Assembly: GCA_016618085.1 (NCBI GenBank)
Contig: JABLTG010000039.1
Location: 62,001-120,944 of the forward strand
DNA from: Neovahlkampfia damariscottae
Lineage: Eukaryota
Direction: 5' to 3'
Length of the DNA: 58,944 nucleotides
Shown here in pieces: positions 47,614 to 58,944 of this stretch. Within the stretch, counting starts at the first letter, position 1. Each line of letters begins with the position of its first letter. The position numbers and the translations under genes are program-made. The notes under the pieces are model-generated. The model was not told where the DNA came from. It searched no databases and saw nothing but the letters and a program-made list of their open reading frames with translations.

Positions 47614-48577
47614 ACATGGTTTTGTTTCGTCCATCTGCTTTGAATGACCCAACTGAGATAAATGAACTTAAATTTCTATTGGTTGGACAGATAAAAATAA
47701 TGCTCATTGGTCAAAACAATTCTTCCATTTTTGAACATTTTTCCGCAACACTTCCGGGTCTCTTTTTTCGGTAATAATTTTATTTTCCATCAGTTTGTGT
47801 TCCCAAATTCAAGTTCAAAAGCATTTTCTTCAAACAATCAGATAAGAACTGTCTCTACTTCAATACGAGAATCTTAAACGGTTGTTTAACATGTGAGAAT
47901 GAAGATGTTCGTATGAACCATCAATTTGAAGTAATTTCAAAAATCACAATTTTTTGTCATATTTTTCCTTTTTTAATTGTGGGATTTTATTCATTCTTTG
48001 TTTGTGGTTTATAACTTATTATTCTGAAATAGATTCCGGAAAAGCATGTATAACTTTTATTCTTGAAACAATGGAAAGAAGGTACGAATATAATTTTCTT
48101 GGGAATGTTCAAGATGAATTTCACCAATGAGAATGAGATTTAAATCAAAAATTTTTTAGGCTTCAGATTTTTTTAAAATATGGGTGATTTTTAATTTTTT
48201 TAATTGTTTTTTTTGGTGAGTGTATGTGCATCCAGAATTGAAATTCTTTGAAGAATACAATCATCATAAAGTTTCAGCACAGAATCTGCTTCTTTGGGTT
48301 AAAGTTGATAAATAAAAAATGTCAACTATGACCATTAAAAGAAGGTGGTTTAGTTTATGAATTTTAAAAGATTAATTGATTTCACAAATCATTTTTTTTT
48401 GACGAATAAAATCCAAGAAAATTATGGGACTTTTTGAGGAATTGATTCTTTGAAATCATTTTTACAAAATATCTTCATCAATGTCGATGTCCAATGTTGA
48501 TGAAATTTTTTGATTCATTTTTAAATCCTTCGTTTTTGATTGGATAATTCATTTTTTTTTTGACTCCACGGTGGCAA

Positions 48578-50947
48578 ATGGAAAAGTTAACAAATAACCT
48601 TGCTGATAGTAACATCAACTCTTCATATGGAACAGTCATAGGTCTGATCCTTTTCACAATTTTCAATACAAAACTAAACCTTGGGTTTATAATTTATATG
48701 TCTTTTGAACTATTTATTGGGTTTCCGCTGGTACAACATGTATTCAAAGGTAAATACTCAGAACCAAAAACTATAGTGTTTATGTTTGTCAGAGGTTACC
48801 TTGTATCAATTCCACTGTATTAATTATTTTTTTCTAATTTTCACAACAGAATTTGTTACTTGCTGCAGTCAGTGGATGCTCTTCTATTACTTTTCATGGT
48901 GATGTTAATCAGTAGTAGTGCTTATTTTCCAAATCAAAAATCCAATTTTATGAATCATTTATTTTTTATGACACTTCACTCTTACATTGGAGCTATCATG
49001 ATATTATACTTGAAAGTTTCCTGGGTAAAAACATTAAACATGCTATTTTTCACCTATTGGGTTGTTTTTTACATCATATACTTAAAAGAAAACGTCACAA
49101 CTGTCACAAAGAGACTTGATAAAAATTTAGAAAGTTATGAACAGATTTTCGTTCATGTTGAATCGACAATCATGAAATTGAACAAAAAACTAGACATTAT
49201 TTTCATAAACAAAGACTTTTTTGATTTAAAAAAAGAAGAATTAATTGGAAAGAATATCAAAGAATTATTCAATGATAAAGAATTTGAAGAAAAATTAAAA
49301 GACATGAAAAAATTACCTTATACTGAAGTTAAAAGAGTTTTTGATGAAAAAATTCATTATTTTTGTTGTTCTGGTACAAAAATTGAAGAAGAAAATGAAA
49401 TTCTTTTAGTACTTGATGATATATCGTATAAGAAGAATGTTGAAGAAAAAGAAAAATCAAGAATCAAAGCAGTTTCTTCATTAAAAGCAAAAACAGAATT
49501 TATTGCGCAAATATCTCATGAAATTAGAAATCCATTACAAGTTATCAATTACTGTTCAGAAATTTTGGCTTCTTCAAATTTAGGTGATGAACTTCAAAAA
49601 ATTACATCTGATATTGTTAGATCATCAAAATTACTAAAAGTTATTATTGGTGATATTCTTGATATGTCAAAAATAGAAGTTGGAAAAATGGAATTGACCA
49701 TTCAAAAATCGAATCTTGAAGAGGCTATTCATGATGCTATTCATATGAACTCTGTAACTGCTTACTCAAAAGGATTAAGAATTTATCATTATTTTGATTT
49801 TAATCTTCCAAAATATTTTGAAGGTGACGTTTCAAGATTAATTCAAGTTATGAATAATTTGATCTCAAATGCAGTTAAATATACTAAAAAAGGATATATT
49901 TCAATTTACTCAAAAATGATAAAAAAAGATGATGAAGTAAAATTTAGATTTGAATGTAAAGACACTGGTATTGGAATTTCAAAAGAAGGTATTGATAAAT
50001 TGTTCACACCTTTTGAACAAATTCATCAAAATAAATTATCACCAACAAATTTCAAAGGATGGGGATTGGGATTATCAATTTGTAAAGCGTTATTCAACTT
50101 GATGAATGCTCAATATGGAGTTGAAAGTGAAATAGGTATTGGATCAACATTTTGGTTCGAAATTCCATTAAAATCACCAAGTACAGATAATATCAACACA
50201 GGTATGCAATTATCTATCCAAAAAGCAATCATTTTGTTTCCACATAAAGAATATTCAAATTATCTCATTGGTCTTGCGAAATCATTTGGAATTCAAAAAG
50301 CATTTAATGATTTGAATGAATCAATTATGAAAGATTTTGATTATCAAAGAGATTTATTAATTTTTGATGAATCAATGTCTCCATTAGTAGAGAAATACGT
50401 AAAATCAAGTGTCAAATTTGGTTTTGTAATATCTGAACAGAAGCACAAGAAATATGTCAATATGTCACCTCCATTATACATTGTTGAGCTCATTAATACA
50501 TGTCTTGGTAGATTGTCTGAAAGAAAGAAATCTAGTACTCCAGAAGTTTTGCAACATTTCAAAATATTGGCAGTGGATGATAATCCAATGATTTTAAAAT
50601 CAATTAGTCATTTATTGAAAAAATTGAATTTTAGTCAAGTTGGAACTGCAAAGAATGGAGTTGAAGCAATTGAATTAATTGAAAAGGAGGACTATCATAT
50701 TGTTTTAATGGATATTCAAATGCCAACAATGAATGGAATTGAAGCAACAAAGATAATTAGAGAAATGAAAGATGAATCAAAATCCAAAGTTACAATTATT
50801 GCTTTGACAGGAAATGCTATTGAAAAGTCAAAAGAAGATCAATGTAAAATATGGAGAGTTGATGATATTTTGATGAAGCCTGTAAATAAACAAGAAATTT
50901 TGGAAAGTATTGGAAGAAATTTGATGAAATTTGATGAGGATAATTGA
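48578..50947 (+). CDS. Membrane hybrid histidine kinase (TM-PAS-HisKA-HATPase-REC)
   Basis: ISHEIRNPL, NLISNAVKYT, DTGIG, GWGLGLSI, AVDDN, LMDIQMP, KP. Confidence 0.93.
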
Positions 50948-51000
50948 ATAAAATTTGAATAATTTAATCTCGTTTTTTTTTTTGGCCAATCATTTCGCAA

Positions 51001-52110
51001 ATGGAAGTGAATGAGACAATTGAGAAGTTGTTTCATGAACAACATGAAAATTTTACTTCTTCAAGAAATAAGATTGTAAAAATGAAAGAACAAATTGATT
51101 TGTTTTTGAAGATTTATCTGAAAGGTATTCTCTTAGCAACAAATGAACCAACAAAAAAAAAAATTTCCAAAAATTTAACTTCGAAAGTTCTTTTAATATT
51201 AATTTCTAATCAATTAGGAAAACATAACAAAATTTTATTTGTTTGAAGAAAAGATAAAGATTAGAATAGCTGGTGATCCAAATTTGATGAAAGGAACTTT
51301 AACTTCAACAAAATTTATACCTGAAAAAATACATCAATATTTGATAAAAATATATTCTCAGATTATGAATTTACAAGAATATATTGATCAATTTAACAAT
51401 TTTGATTTAAAAGATTTTAAATTTTTACATTTTGGAAAAGTTGAAAAATTAAATTTGAAAGACATAAAGTTTGAACAATACAAAAAATATAAAATTGATA
51501 CTCTGAAAACTATTCATGAGGAATGGAATAAAAAAGATTTGAGAGCTTTTATTAATGAATTTGAGTCAAAAGAACGTCTATTTTTTGATAAACAGGTTCG
51601 CATTTTTATTTGTAAATTACCAAAAGATTTTTTGTGATAAATTCACAATTGAAAAGAAAAAAAAGAAAGAAATTAAAACAAAAAAGCAATTCAAATGGGA
51701 GAAATTATTAGAATCGATGCAATATCAATCTGGAAAACTCAATGAAGAAATTGATGAGAAAATAGAAAAAATTGAAGAAAATACTGAACGTGAAGGTGAA
51801 AAATCAGAATTTGAATCATTTTCAACAATATTCCACAAACTCTATGAAAATTTATTCATTTACAATCAAACACCACAATGTATCTTATTTTTTCTAAAAA
51901 ATTTTCGACAGATTACACAAATCCAAGGGAAATAAGGTCAGTATTATCATCAGATCAATCTGATGATTTCAAAGAAAACGCGATCATTGATTACATAAAA
52001 CAAAATTTGAATCCTTCATTTTTATAAGACTTTGAAAGTATTTTAAAAAAAATCCAAACTTATAAAGGAGGAACAGAATCTCTTTTTCACAATAAATTTG
52101 AAAATAAACT
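51001..52110 (+). CDS. Hypothetical protein, multi-exon, end uncertain
   Basis: Consecutive + strand ORFs separated by short intron-like gaps; CCAAT 11 nt upstream of ATG. Confidence 0.4.
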
Positions 52111-52162
52111 TTTTTTTTTTCAACCAATCACAAATTTCCTTTTTTCAACCATATCCTGATAC

Positions 52163-53284
52163 ATGGCCAAAGAACAACTAAAGAAGAAATATTTGGAGCT
52201 GTTAAAAGATAACTATGAACCAAAAGACAACACAAAATTTAAAAAAAGAAGAAAAAACCAAAAGACTGTTGACAACAATGACTTGACTTTTTATTTTCAA
52301 ATGATACCTTTAGATCTTCACCAAAACATTATTTCATATGTACCTTTTTTCGATATTTTCAAGAATATCTCCAAAGTTTGTAAATTCTGGAACCAAATAT
52401 CTTTGAGTGAACAAAGTTATTTTTGGAACCAAACTTCAATTGTCATTTTTGCCTCTCACAGAATGGTGGAAAAAAAATTTTTCGAAAAATTTAAAAATTT
52501 GAAAGATATAAAATTTGAATTTTCGATACCATGTCTTGAATGGTTAAAAAACAATTCAAAAACAATTGAAAGATTAGAATTGAAAAATTCAAATGTGAAA
52601 GATGATGCAGTGGAATTTTGGAAATTAATGTCAAATTTAGAACAACTTAAATCCTTCATTGTTACAGATTCATCAGGTTTTTTGCTGAAAATACCTCATG
52701 ATAACTGTTTCGGTTCTGAAAAACCTAAATTAACATTTCAATCTCTCAGCATATCAAATTGTACATTTACGGATATCCAATTCCAACAACTCATAAATTT
52801 ATTCAATCAAGATGGAATTCAACATTTATATTTGACAAATTGTCCAAAAGTTTCTGGAGAATTCTTGAAGACTTTAGGAGATGCAAATATTCATTTATCA
52901 TCACTAAGTATTTCAAGTTGCAGCGGTATCAGTACGTTAAAATTGAAAGAATATTGTTTTTTAGATAAAAATTTAAGAGTTTTAGATCTATCTGGATTGA
53001 AATCATTCCCAAAGATTCCAGAAGATCTATTTGAAGCAACACCAAAGTTATTGAAATTATCATTGAAAAATAATGGATCTTTTGCCAGTTTTATTCAGTT
53101 TTTAAATTCAATTTCTTGTCTAAAATCTCTAAAAGAACTTGACATTTCACAAAGTTTTATCTATGGAGTGGACATTGATGAAACAAAGATGCACATGATC
53201 AGAAGAAATAATCCAAGCCTGACATATTTAACTACAAATGAAGGAAGATTTGAGATTTTCAATAAAAAATTCTATGAACAATAA
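52163..53284 (+). CDS. F-box/LRR protein
   Basis: IPLDLHQNIISYV....ISKVCKFW F-box followed by LxxLxL repeats. Confidence 0.85.
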   Translation: MAKEQLKKKYLELLKDNYEPKDNTKFKKRRKNQKTVDNNDLTFYFQMIPLDLHQNIISYVPFFDIFKNISKVCKFWNQISLSEQSYFWNQTSIVIFASHRMVEKKFFEKFKNLKDIKFEFSIPCLEWLKNNSKTIERLELKNSNVKDDAVEFWKLMSNLEQLKSFIVTDSSGFLLKIPHDNCFGSEKPKLTFQSLSISNCTFTDIQFQQLINLFNQDGIQHLYLTNCPKVSGEFLKTLGDANIHLSSLSISSCSGISTLKLKEYCFLDKNLRVLDLSGLKSFPKIPEDLFEATPKLLKLSLKNNGSFASFIQFLNSISCLKSLKELDISQSFIYGVDIDETKMHMIRRNNPSLTYLTTNEGRFEIFNKKFYEQ

Positions 53285-53332
53285 ACTAAAGCTTTACTAT
53301 TCAAATTCTCAACCAATCAAATTAACCAGAAA

Positions 53333-55415
53333 ATGTTGAAAAAGGAAAGAGAACAATCAACTTTTGATGTCAGAGAAATGACGCATTTTTTAAATTGTGG
53401 CAAGGAATGGACAGAATTGTTGGAAAAAGCTGGTTTGATGCTCCAAAGAGATCCATACCTCTTTAAAAAAAACTTTTTTGATTTGACAAAAAAAGAGAAT
53501 TTAGAAAAAACTATTGAACAAACAAAAAGATACTCACATATTTTACAAGTGATTTCAAAAAAAGATCCACTTTTAAACAAAGCTTTGGATCACATGATCA
53601 ATGAATACGACAGGAGTTTTCAAATGAAAACTTATGTTCATGTTAAATTATTTTATGAAACAATTTGGAGTCAAGGAACAGAAGAACAGTTTAAAAAATG
53701 GGAAGAAAAGATTTTAAAATGGGATGTTGTTGGTTGTTTTGCCATGACAGAACTTGGTCATTCTTCATTTTTAAGAGGCTTGGAAACTACTGCTACTTTT
53801 GACTTGGAAAATGATGAGTTTGTTATAAATTCGTAAGACACTTTTTGTTGAGATTTATATATTTTTTAGACCAACTTTGACTTCTACAAGTATTTTTTTA
53901 AAATTTAATTTTTCTAATTTATAGAATGGTGGATTGGAATGGCTGGTTATTCAGCGACACATACTGTAGCTCTATGTCAAGTGTATTCACAAGGAAAGAA
54001 TTGTGGGATTCATTGGCTCATTGTTCCACTTAGAGACGTTAAAACAGGACAATTAATGCCAGGTGTCACTTGTGGTTCATTAGGCTCAAAAATGGGTAAT
54101 TACCTTGATGAATTAATATCATTTTTATACAGGAAGAGATGGTTTAGATAATGGTTGGATTCAATTTTCAAGTGTTAGAATTCCAAAGGATAACTTTTTA
54201 TCACGTTGGGCACAAGTTGATTCAAAAACAGGTGATTTTCATCCTTCAGCAAACCCTGCTCTTTCATATTTAACTCTAATAGGAGAACGTATTCTTGCAC
54301 TTCCTGCTGTTGTTAGTCATACAAGTCAATGTATTACAATTGCTGTGAGATATGGAGCTTTTCGTCAACAAGGAGAAAACAATCAACAAATTTTAGACTT
54401 TCAAACACATCAATATAACTTGATGCCAATTATTGCTAATACTTATATCTTTAAAATTGTTTCAACAAAATTGTTATCAAATTGGGAAGAAACATTGAAA
54501 TTACAAAATGATCCAAAAGGAAAATTCAAGTTTTTTAGTTTAATTCAAGACTTTCATGCTGTATCTGCGTGTCTCAAAGCGAATGGTGGATATTGGGGGA
54601 CAGAAGCATTGGAACTATGTCGAAGATCAATGGGTGGCCATGCATATTCTGCTTATAATGCGATTGCAGGTCACATTGGTGATTATGGTGTTATTACAAC
54701 AGGTGGAGGAGATAATATTGTTTTGGCACAACAACACGGAAGATATTTATTCAGTGCATATAAAAAAGCATTAAAAGATAAAAAAATTCTTGGATCATGT
54801 TCGTTCTTAAATCATCACAAAGTGATTTGTGAAAACTCAAAATTCAAAGCAAATTCAAAAGATGAAGTAGTAAATTTAGATTACCAAATGAAAGCATTTC
54901 AATATTTAACCATTAAATCATTAGATACATTGCTAAAAAAAGTGAATGTTGATTTGAAATGTGGAAAGAAAAATGATGAAATTTGGAATAATCATATGAT
55001 GGAATTGATTGATATTTCAAAAATTCATTTCTATTGTTTTTGTTTTGAAAGTTTTAATGAAACATTTAAATTAATCAATGATACAAGACTTAAAAATGCG
55101 TTACAAGATTTATTCATTTTATTTGGATTAAAAGGATTAGAAGTGAATCTTTCATTTTTACTTCAATATGAATTTGTATCTAATGAACAAGTCAATTGGA
55201 TAAAAAATCAAGTTATTTTGTACTGTAAAAAAATCAGAATTAACGCTGTTTCTCTTGTTGATGCTTTTCATCATCCTGATTTTGTGATTAAATCTCCATT
55301 GGGAAAATACGAACCTTCTTATGAAGAATATTTCAAAATGATCAATGAGTCAAATTCAAACATGAAAATAAATTACTGGGAAAAAGAAATTAAACCATTA
55401 ACTTCAAAAATATAA
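53333..55415 (+). CDS. ACOX: Peroxisomal acyl-CoA oxidase, multi-exon
   Basis: GCFAMTELGHSS, LETTATFD, KWWIG, GRDGLDNG, CRRSMGGHAY; PTS1-like C-terminal SKI. Confidence 0.93.
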
Positions 55416-55491
55416 CAAGAATAGAAGTTTTTTATCATCCAATCAAATTAATTTATTTTTTTTTTGTGCGACACAAACAACAAGCTGAAGA

Positions 55492-57118
55492 ATGTCAGAA
55501 AATAAAGTTGATAACCAAAACTTTTTTGTACATTTTCTGTCTGTTTTTACAGTTCCAGAGATGAACAAAGCCTTTCAAACTTACTTAAAACTTATTGAAA
55601 AAATTGAAGATTTTAGATTCATTGAAAGAATAGACGAGTTATTAAACTTAAAAAAAAATACAGAAGTGATTAAAACATTATGGCAATTTCAATATGATTA
55701 TTTATCAAAAAATTCACTTATAAAAATACCCTTACCTGATAGTTATAAGAACGAAGCAAACAATCTTTTAACACCACAATTTGAATCAAATAACCTGGAT
55801 CAATGGGTGATTGAAAAAAATCTGAGTGATATTTTAGAACCACTTCGAGAATATATGGTTCAATTATTAAGATTAGATGTTTTTCCAAGGTTTATAAATT
55901 CAGAATTTTGTACAGAAGTTTTACAGAAATTTCCAAATGATGACAGAATATTTTTTCCAAAAACAGCACAAAAATTCGATTTTTCAGATGAAGATTTTAA
56001 AGAACCTATCATAACTGAAAAAGATTGGAACTTCATGAAAGCTCTTTTATTTCATTCTTTGGATTTTAATGTTCGTTTATTTTTTTTTCTCATTTTTTTT
56101 TGAAAAGGTTATTGAATCAAAACAGAATTATTTCATTGATGGAAGATATTATTATTCAACATTGAATTATTGTCCTGGTGTTTCTTTTTTTAAAAATCCA
56201 GTTTGTTTAAAATTTGAATTTGTTTTACCTTATTCATTTGATAAATTAATATCAGCATTAGCCCCTTTAGATTCAATTTATCAAACAGATCCAATGACAA
56301 CCAATGTTCAAGTAATTCAAACATCATTGTTAATTTTTTTCAAAAAAAGGTATTAAAATCATATTCCAGTGAAAAAATGTCAAAAAAATCACAAAATGCA
56401 ACGAAATGTGGAATGCTGGAAATTTGTGGTGATGAAATATATCCTTTTCCTTTAAATTTTTTGAACCCTCGAAAATGGTTTTCATGTACTTCTTGGGATT
56501 TTGATCCAAAAACAAAAACACTTTTTAGAATATCAAAACCGTATTTACATGATTTTATAAAAGATATAAATTTACAATCAAAACATTCTTTTGAAGTTTG
56601 TGTTGATAAAAAATCAAGAAAAATTGAGAAGAAATCATGTTTGTTATTGTTCTCTTTTACAATGACCTCAATTCGTAAAATTGCAGATAATTTAACACAG
56701 TACACACAAACTAATTGTAATGAAAAAGTATCTTTTTTTTAACATTTTAGATTTTGATATCAATGGAATTGGTAATATGATCCAGACGACTTTTATAAAA
56801 AAACTAGCGACGACCAGAGGAGAAGGATTGGCAAAAAATTTGAAAAAATTAGTTGAGAAATCAAATGAAAATATTTTTGAAAAATCAGATGATAAATTGG
56901 TTAATATGTTGAAAGAACTTGATATTAAAGAAATACAAAATGATTTTGAAAAAGAGATGAGCAAATTAGATGATATCTCAAGAAGAGATGTTAGAAGAGC
57001 ATATTCAATTTTACCATCTGCTCCTCCTGATGATTATAGGTCGAAAAAATTCAAAAGAAAGTATTCAGGTAAACTTAGTGTTGATGAGGTTCCTTTTTTT
57101 GAAGATGAAAAGAAATAA
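55492..57118 (+). CDS. RGS-domain protein with C-terminal START-like domain, multi-exon
   Basis: AFQTYLK, LRLDVFPRFINS (RGS); FPLNFLNPRKW and ISKPY (START-like). Confidence 0.65.
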
Positions 57119-57177
57119 AAATCTAATTGGTCAATTAATTTTCCGAACCAATTGTTTTTTTTCATTTTTTCACAAAA

Positions 57178-58383
57178 ATGTTTCGTCAACAACAAAAACA
57201 AATTTTGGTGTTGGTACAAAAAAATGGAAATTTAACAAGAAACTTCCATAACAGAAGATACAGAGGAAGAAAAAATCCAAGAGAATCCAATGATGAAACA
57301 CGTGTTAGTGAAACATCAACACATGAAGAAATTACAAATCCAAAAAATTTTCCAAATTTAAAAAAAGGTGAAATTCCAAATGTTAATAGACCAAAACCAA
57401 CTTTTGAATTTTTAAACTCAAAAAAAAAAAAAACTTTCAAAAAAGTTAAAAAACAAAAAATTTCAGAAGAAGAATTCGACAGAAAAGTTTCTGAACACAT
57501 GACAAAAGAAAGAGGTGGTGGAAGCAATAATTTTGATCATGGAATTACAGAAGGAATGAAAGATTTTTACGAAGGAATTGAAAGAACAAACCCACAAGCT
57601 TTTGAACAAGGTTTTGAAATCAATAAAGATACAAGTGGTTGGTTATTTAGAGATTCACCTGAATTACTACAAAAAAAACCAGGTGTCAAATTTGAACAAA
57701 AATTATTAGAATACAGAAAAGGAGATTTGATTGACCCAAAAAGATGGAAAGATACTTATAAAGAAAATGTCAACAAATTACCATTATTCATTAAGAAACC
57801 AAAAGATCCTTTCAGAGCAAATCCACATTTAATCAGAAGAATTTCATATAAAGATCCTTCTCTTTTATATAAATTTTTAACACCAACTGGAAAAATTCAA
57901 AATAATAGATACACAGGTGTACGTTGGAAAACACAAAGAAAAATCAAAACTGAAATTAAAAAAGCAAGATTTTTAGGTATTATTTCATTTGTTTCAAATC
58001 CTGAATACAAATTTGGAAATCAATATCAACCATCCATTCCAATACCAGATTTATATGACATTGATGCAAAAATTGAAAGAGATGAAAAAGAAGCAAAATT
58101 TGCAGAAGAATTAGAATCAAGACATAAAGATCATTTGAAAAATTATTTGAAAAATTTAGAAAATGATATTTCTTATGGCTATTCTGATCAAACTTCAAAA
58201 ATTATTTCAAATCCAAAAATTTCAAATAAAAAGATTCAAAATGAAATTAGAGGTAGATTAGATGGACAAATGAAAGAAAAACAAAAAGAAATTGAATTTG
58301 TTGATAAATCTGAAGAATTTGATATTCCAAATAAATTGGTTAAAAAATTGAATCATCTTTCATTGAAAAATAAACTTTTTTAA
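57178..58383 (+). CDS. Mitochondrial ribosomal protein bS18m with long extensions
   Basis: ISYKDPSLLYKFLTPTGKIQNNRYTGV..KTQRKIK.EIKKARFLGII; basic presequence. Confidence 0.8.
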   Translation: MFRQQQKQILVLVQKNGNLTRNFHNRRYRGRKNPRESNDETRVSETSTHEEITNPKNFPNLKKGEIPNVNRPKPTFEFLNSKKKKTFKKVKKQKISEEEFDRKVSEHMTKERGGGSNNFDHGITEGMKDFYEGIERTNPQAFEQGFEINKDTSGWLFRDSPELLQKKPGVKFEQKLLEYRKGDLIDPKRWKDTYKENVNKLPLFIKKPKDPFRANPHLIRRISYKDPSLLYKFLTPTGKIQNNRYTGVRWKTQRKIKTEIKKARFLGIISFVSNPEYKFGNQYQPSIPIPDLYDIDAKIERDEKEAKFAEELESRHKDHLKNYLKNLENDISYGYSDQTSKIISNPKISNKKIQNEIRGRLDGQMKEKQKEIEFVDKSEEFDIPNKLVKKLNHLSLKNKLF

Positions 58384-58472
58384 ATCCTTATTATTTTAAT
58401 TGACACTTTTCACAAGTATACCATATTTTGATTGTCTATTTTTTAACCAGTCAGATTAAAAAGGTGGGTTCA

Positions 58473-58600
58473 AAAGATAAATTGTAGGGTTTCCGCTATC
58501 TTAAAACTGACTTTTCCGTTCATTCTGATTAATCAGACCAGACATTAAAATCAAGGTTTCTTTCGGGATAGGACCGTCGCCAGCAGTACTGGCAGTTTTT
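58473..58600 (-). ncRNA. Candidate omegaRNA (scaffold plus flank-derived guide), copy 2
   Basis: GCCAG/CTGGC hairpin, 14-nt palindrome TCTGATTAATCAGA, AAAACTG/CAGTTTT and CTATC/GATAG complementarities. Confidence 0.55.
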
Positions 58601-58944
58601 GGATTTCCAATAAAATTTTGTATATTCATCAGAAATATATTTCTTGCTCCATTATAATCTCTTGGAAGAGAAAAATTACAATATTTACAATTGAAATAAT
58701 CTTTTTTTCCAAGTTTCCAATCTATTTTTCCACATGATCCACATGATCCACATGTACAACTGGTATAATGTTCTGAAACTTCATGTACTTGAACAGAATC
58801 TTTTTGAGCAAGATGTTTTAGTGTTTGACAAAATTGAAAATGAGACCAATGAAGCATTTTTCTCACTGTTGTACTATGAATTTTTCTTTCCCATTTTTTA
58901 ATCATTCCTTTGACTGGAAATTTTGAAATCAAAATTTCATCATT
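58493..58944 (-). mobile_element. Fanzor2/TnpB-like (IS607-type) element, copy 2; 5' part runs off the window
   Basis: Near-identical to 13624-14048 up to the last base of the window. Confidence 0.85.
58501..58944 (-). CDS. Fanzor2/TnpB RNA-guided nuclease C-terminus; frame open to window edge
   Basis: NDEILISKF, VSEHYTSCTCGSCGSCG, CKYC, RDYNGARNI. Confidence 0.8.
   Translation of the reverse strand, partial: NDEILISKFPVKGMIKKWERKIHSTTVRKMLHWSHFQFCQTLKHLAQKDSVQVHEVSEHYTSCTCGSCGSCGKIDWKLGKKDYFNCKYCNFSLPRDYNGARNIFLMNIQNFIGNPKTASTAGDGPIPKETLILMSGLINQNERKSQF

Noticed and set aside
58484..58492. TAGGGTTT next to the element end as a telomeric repeat
   Set aside because: Single unit, not tandem; expected by chance
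1..58944. Prokaryotic or viral origin, or an alternative genetic code
   Set aside because: Fragmented ORFs are explained by GT-AG introns, core eukaryotic genes are present, and long ORFs end at standard stops

Overview
Very AT-rich, gene-dense eukaryotic DNA with roughly 40 protein-coding genes, many very short (about 28-40 nt) GT-AG introns and tiny intergenic gaps. Gene content (DUF4116 relic, RGS-START-like protein, hybrid histidine kinase, SCAR/WAVE, BRF1, POT1, UBA5) suggests a free-living amoeboid protist, probably heterolobosean; this is inference. Main candidate system: two near-identical copies of a Fanzor2/TnpB-like (IS607-type) element (about 13624-14183, and 58493 to the window end). 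Each carries the RuvC-II/Zn-finger/RuvC-III C-terminus and a structured 3' end that looks like an omegaRNA scaffold, followed by a different flank (candidate guide). Copy 1 looks internally deleted and non-autonomous. Four of the five substitutions between the copies are CpG transitions. A LOTUS-like plus Maelstrom-like DEDDh nuclease gene lies about 1.2 kb from copy 1. Other highlights: UBA5 appears to need 2-, 4-, 6- and 10-nt micro-exons; four identical tRNA-Asn(GTT) genes lie within 6.5 kb; a CCAAT box sits just upstream of most start codons; and several enzymes look bacterial in origin. Gene models were spliced by eye and domain calls are by motif recognition, not database search.
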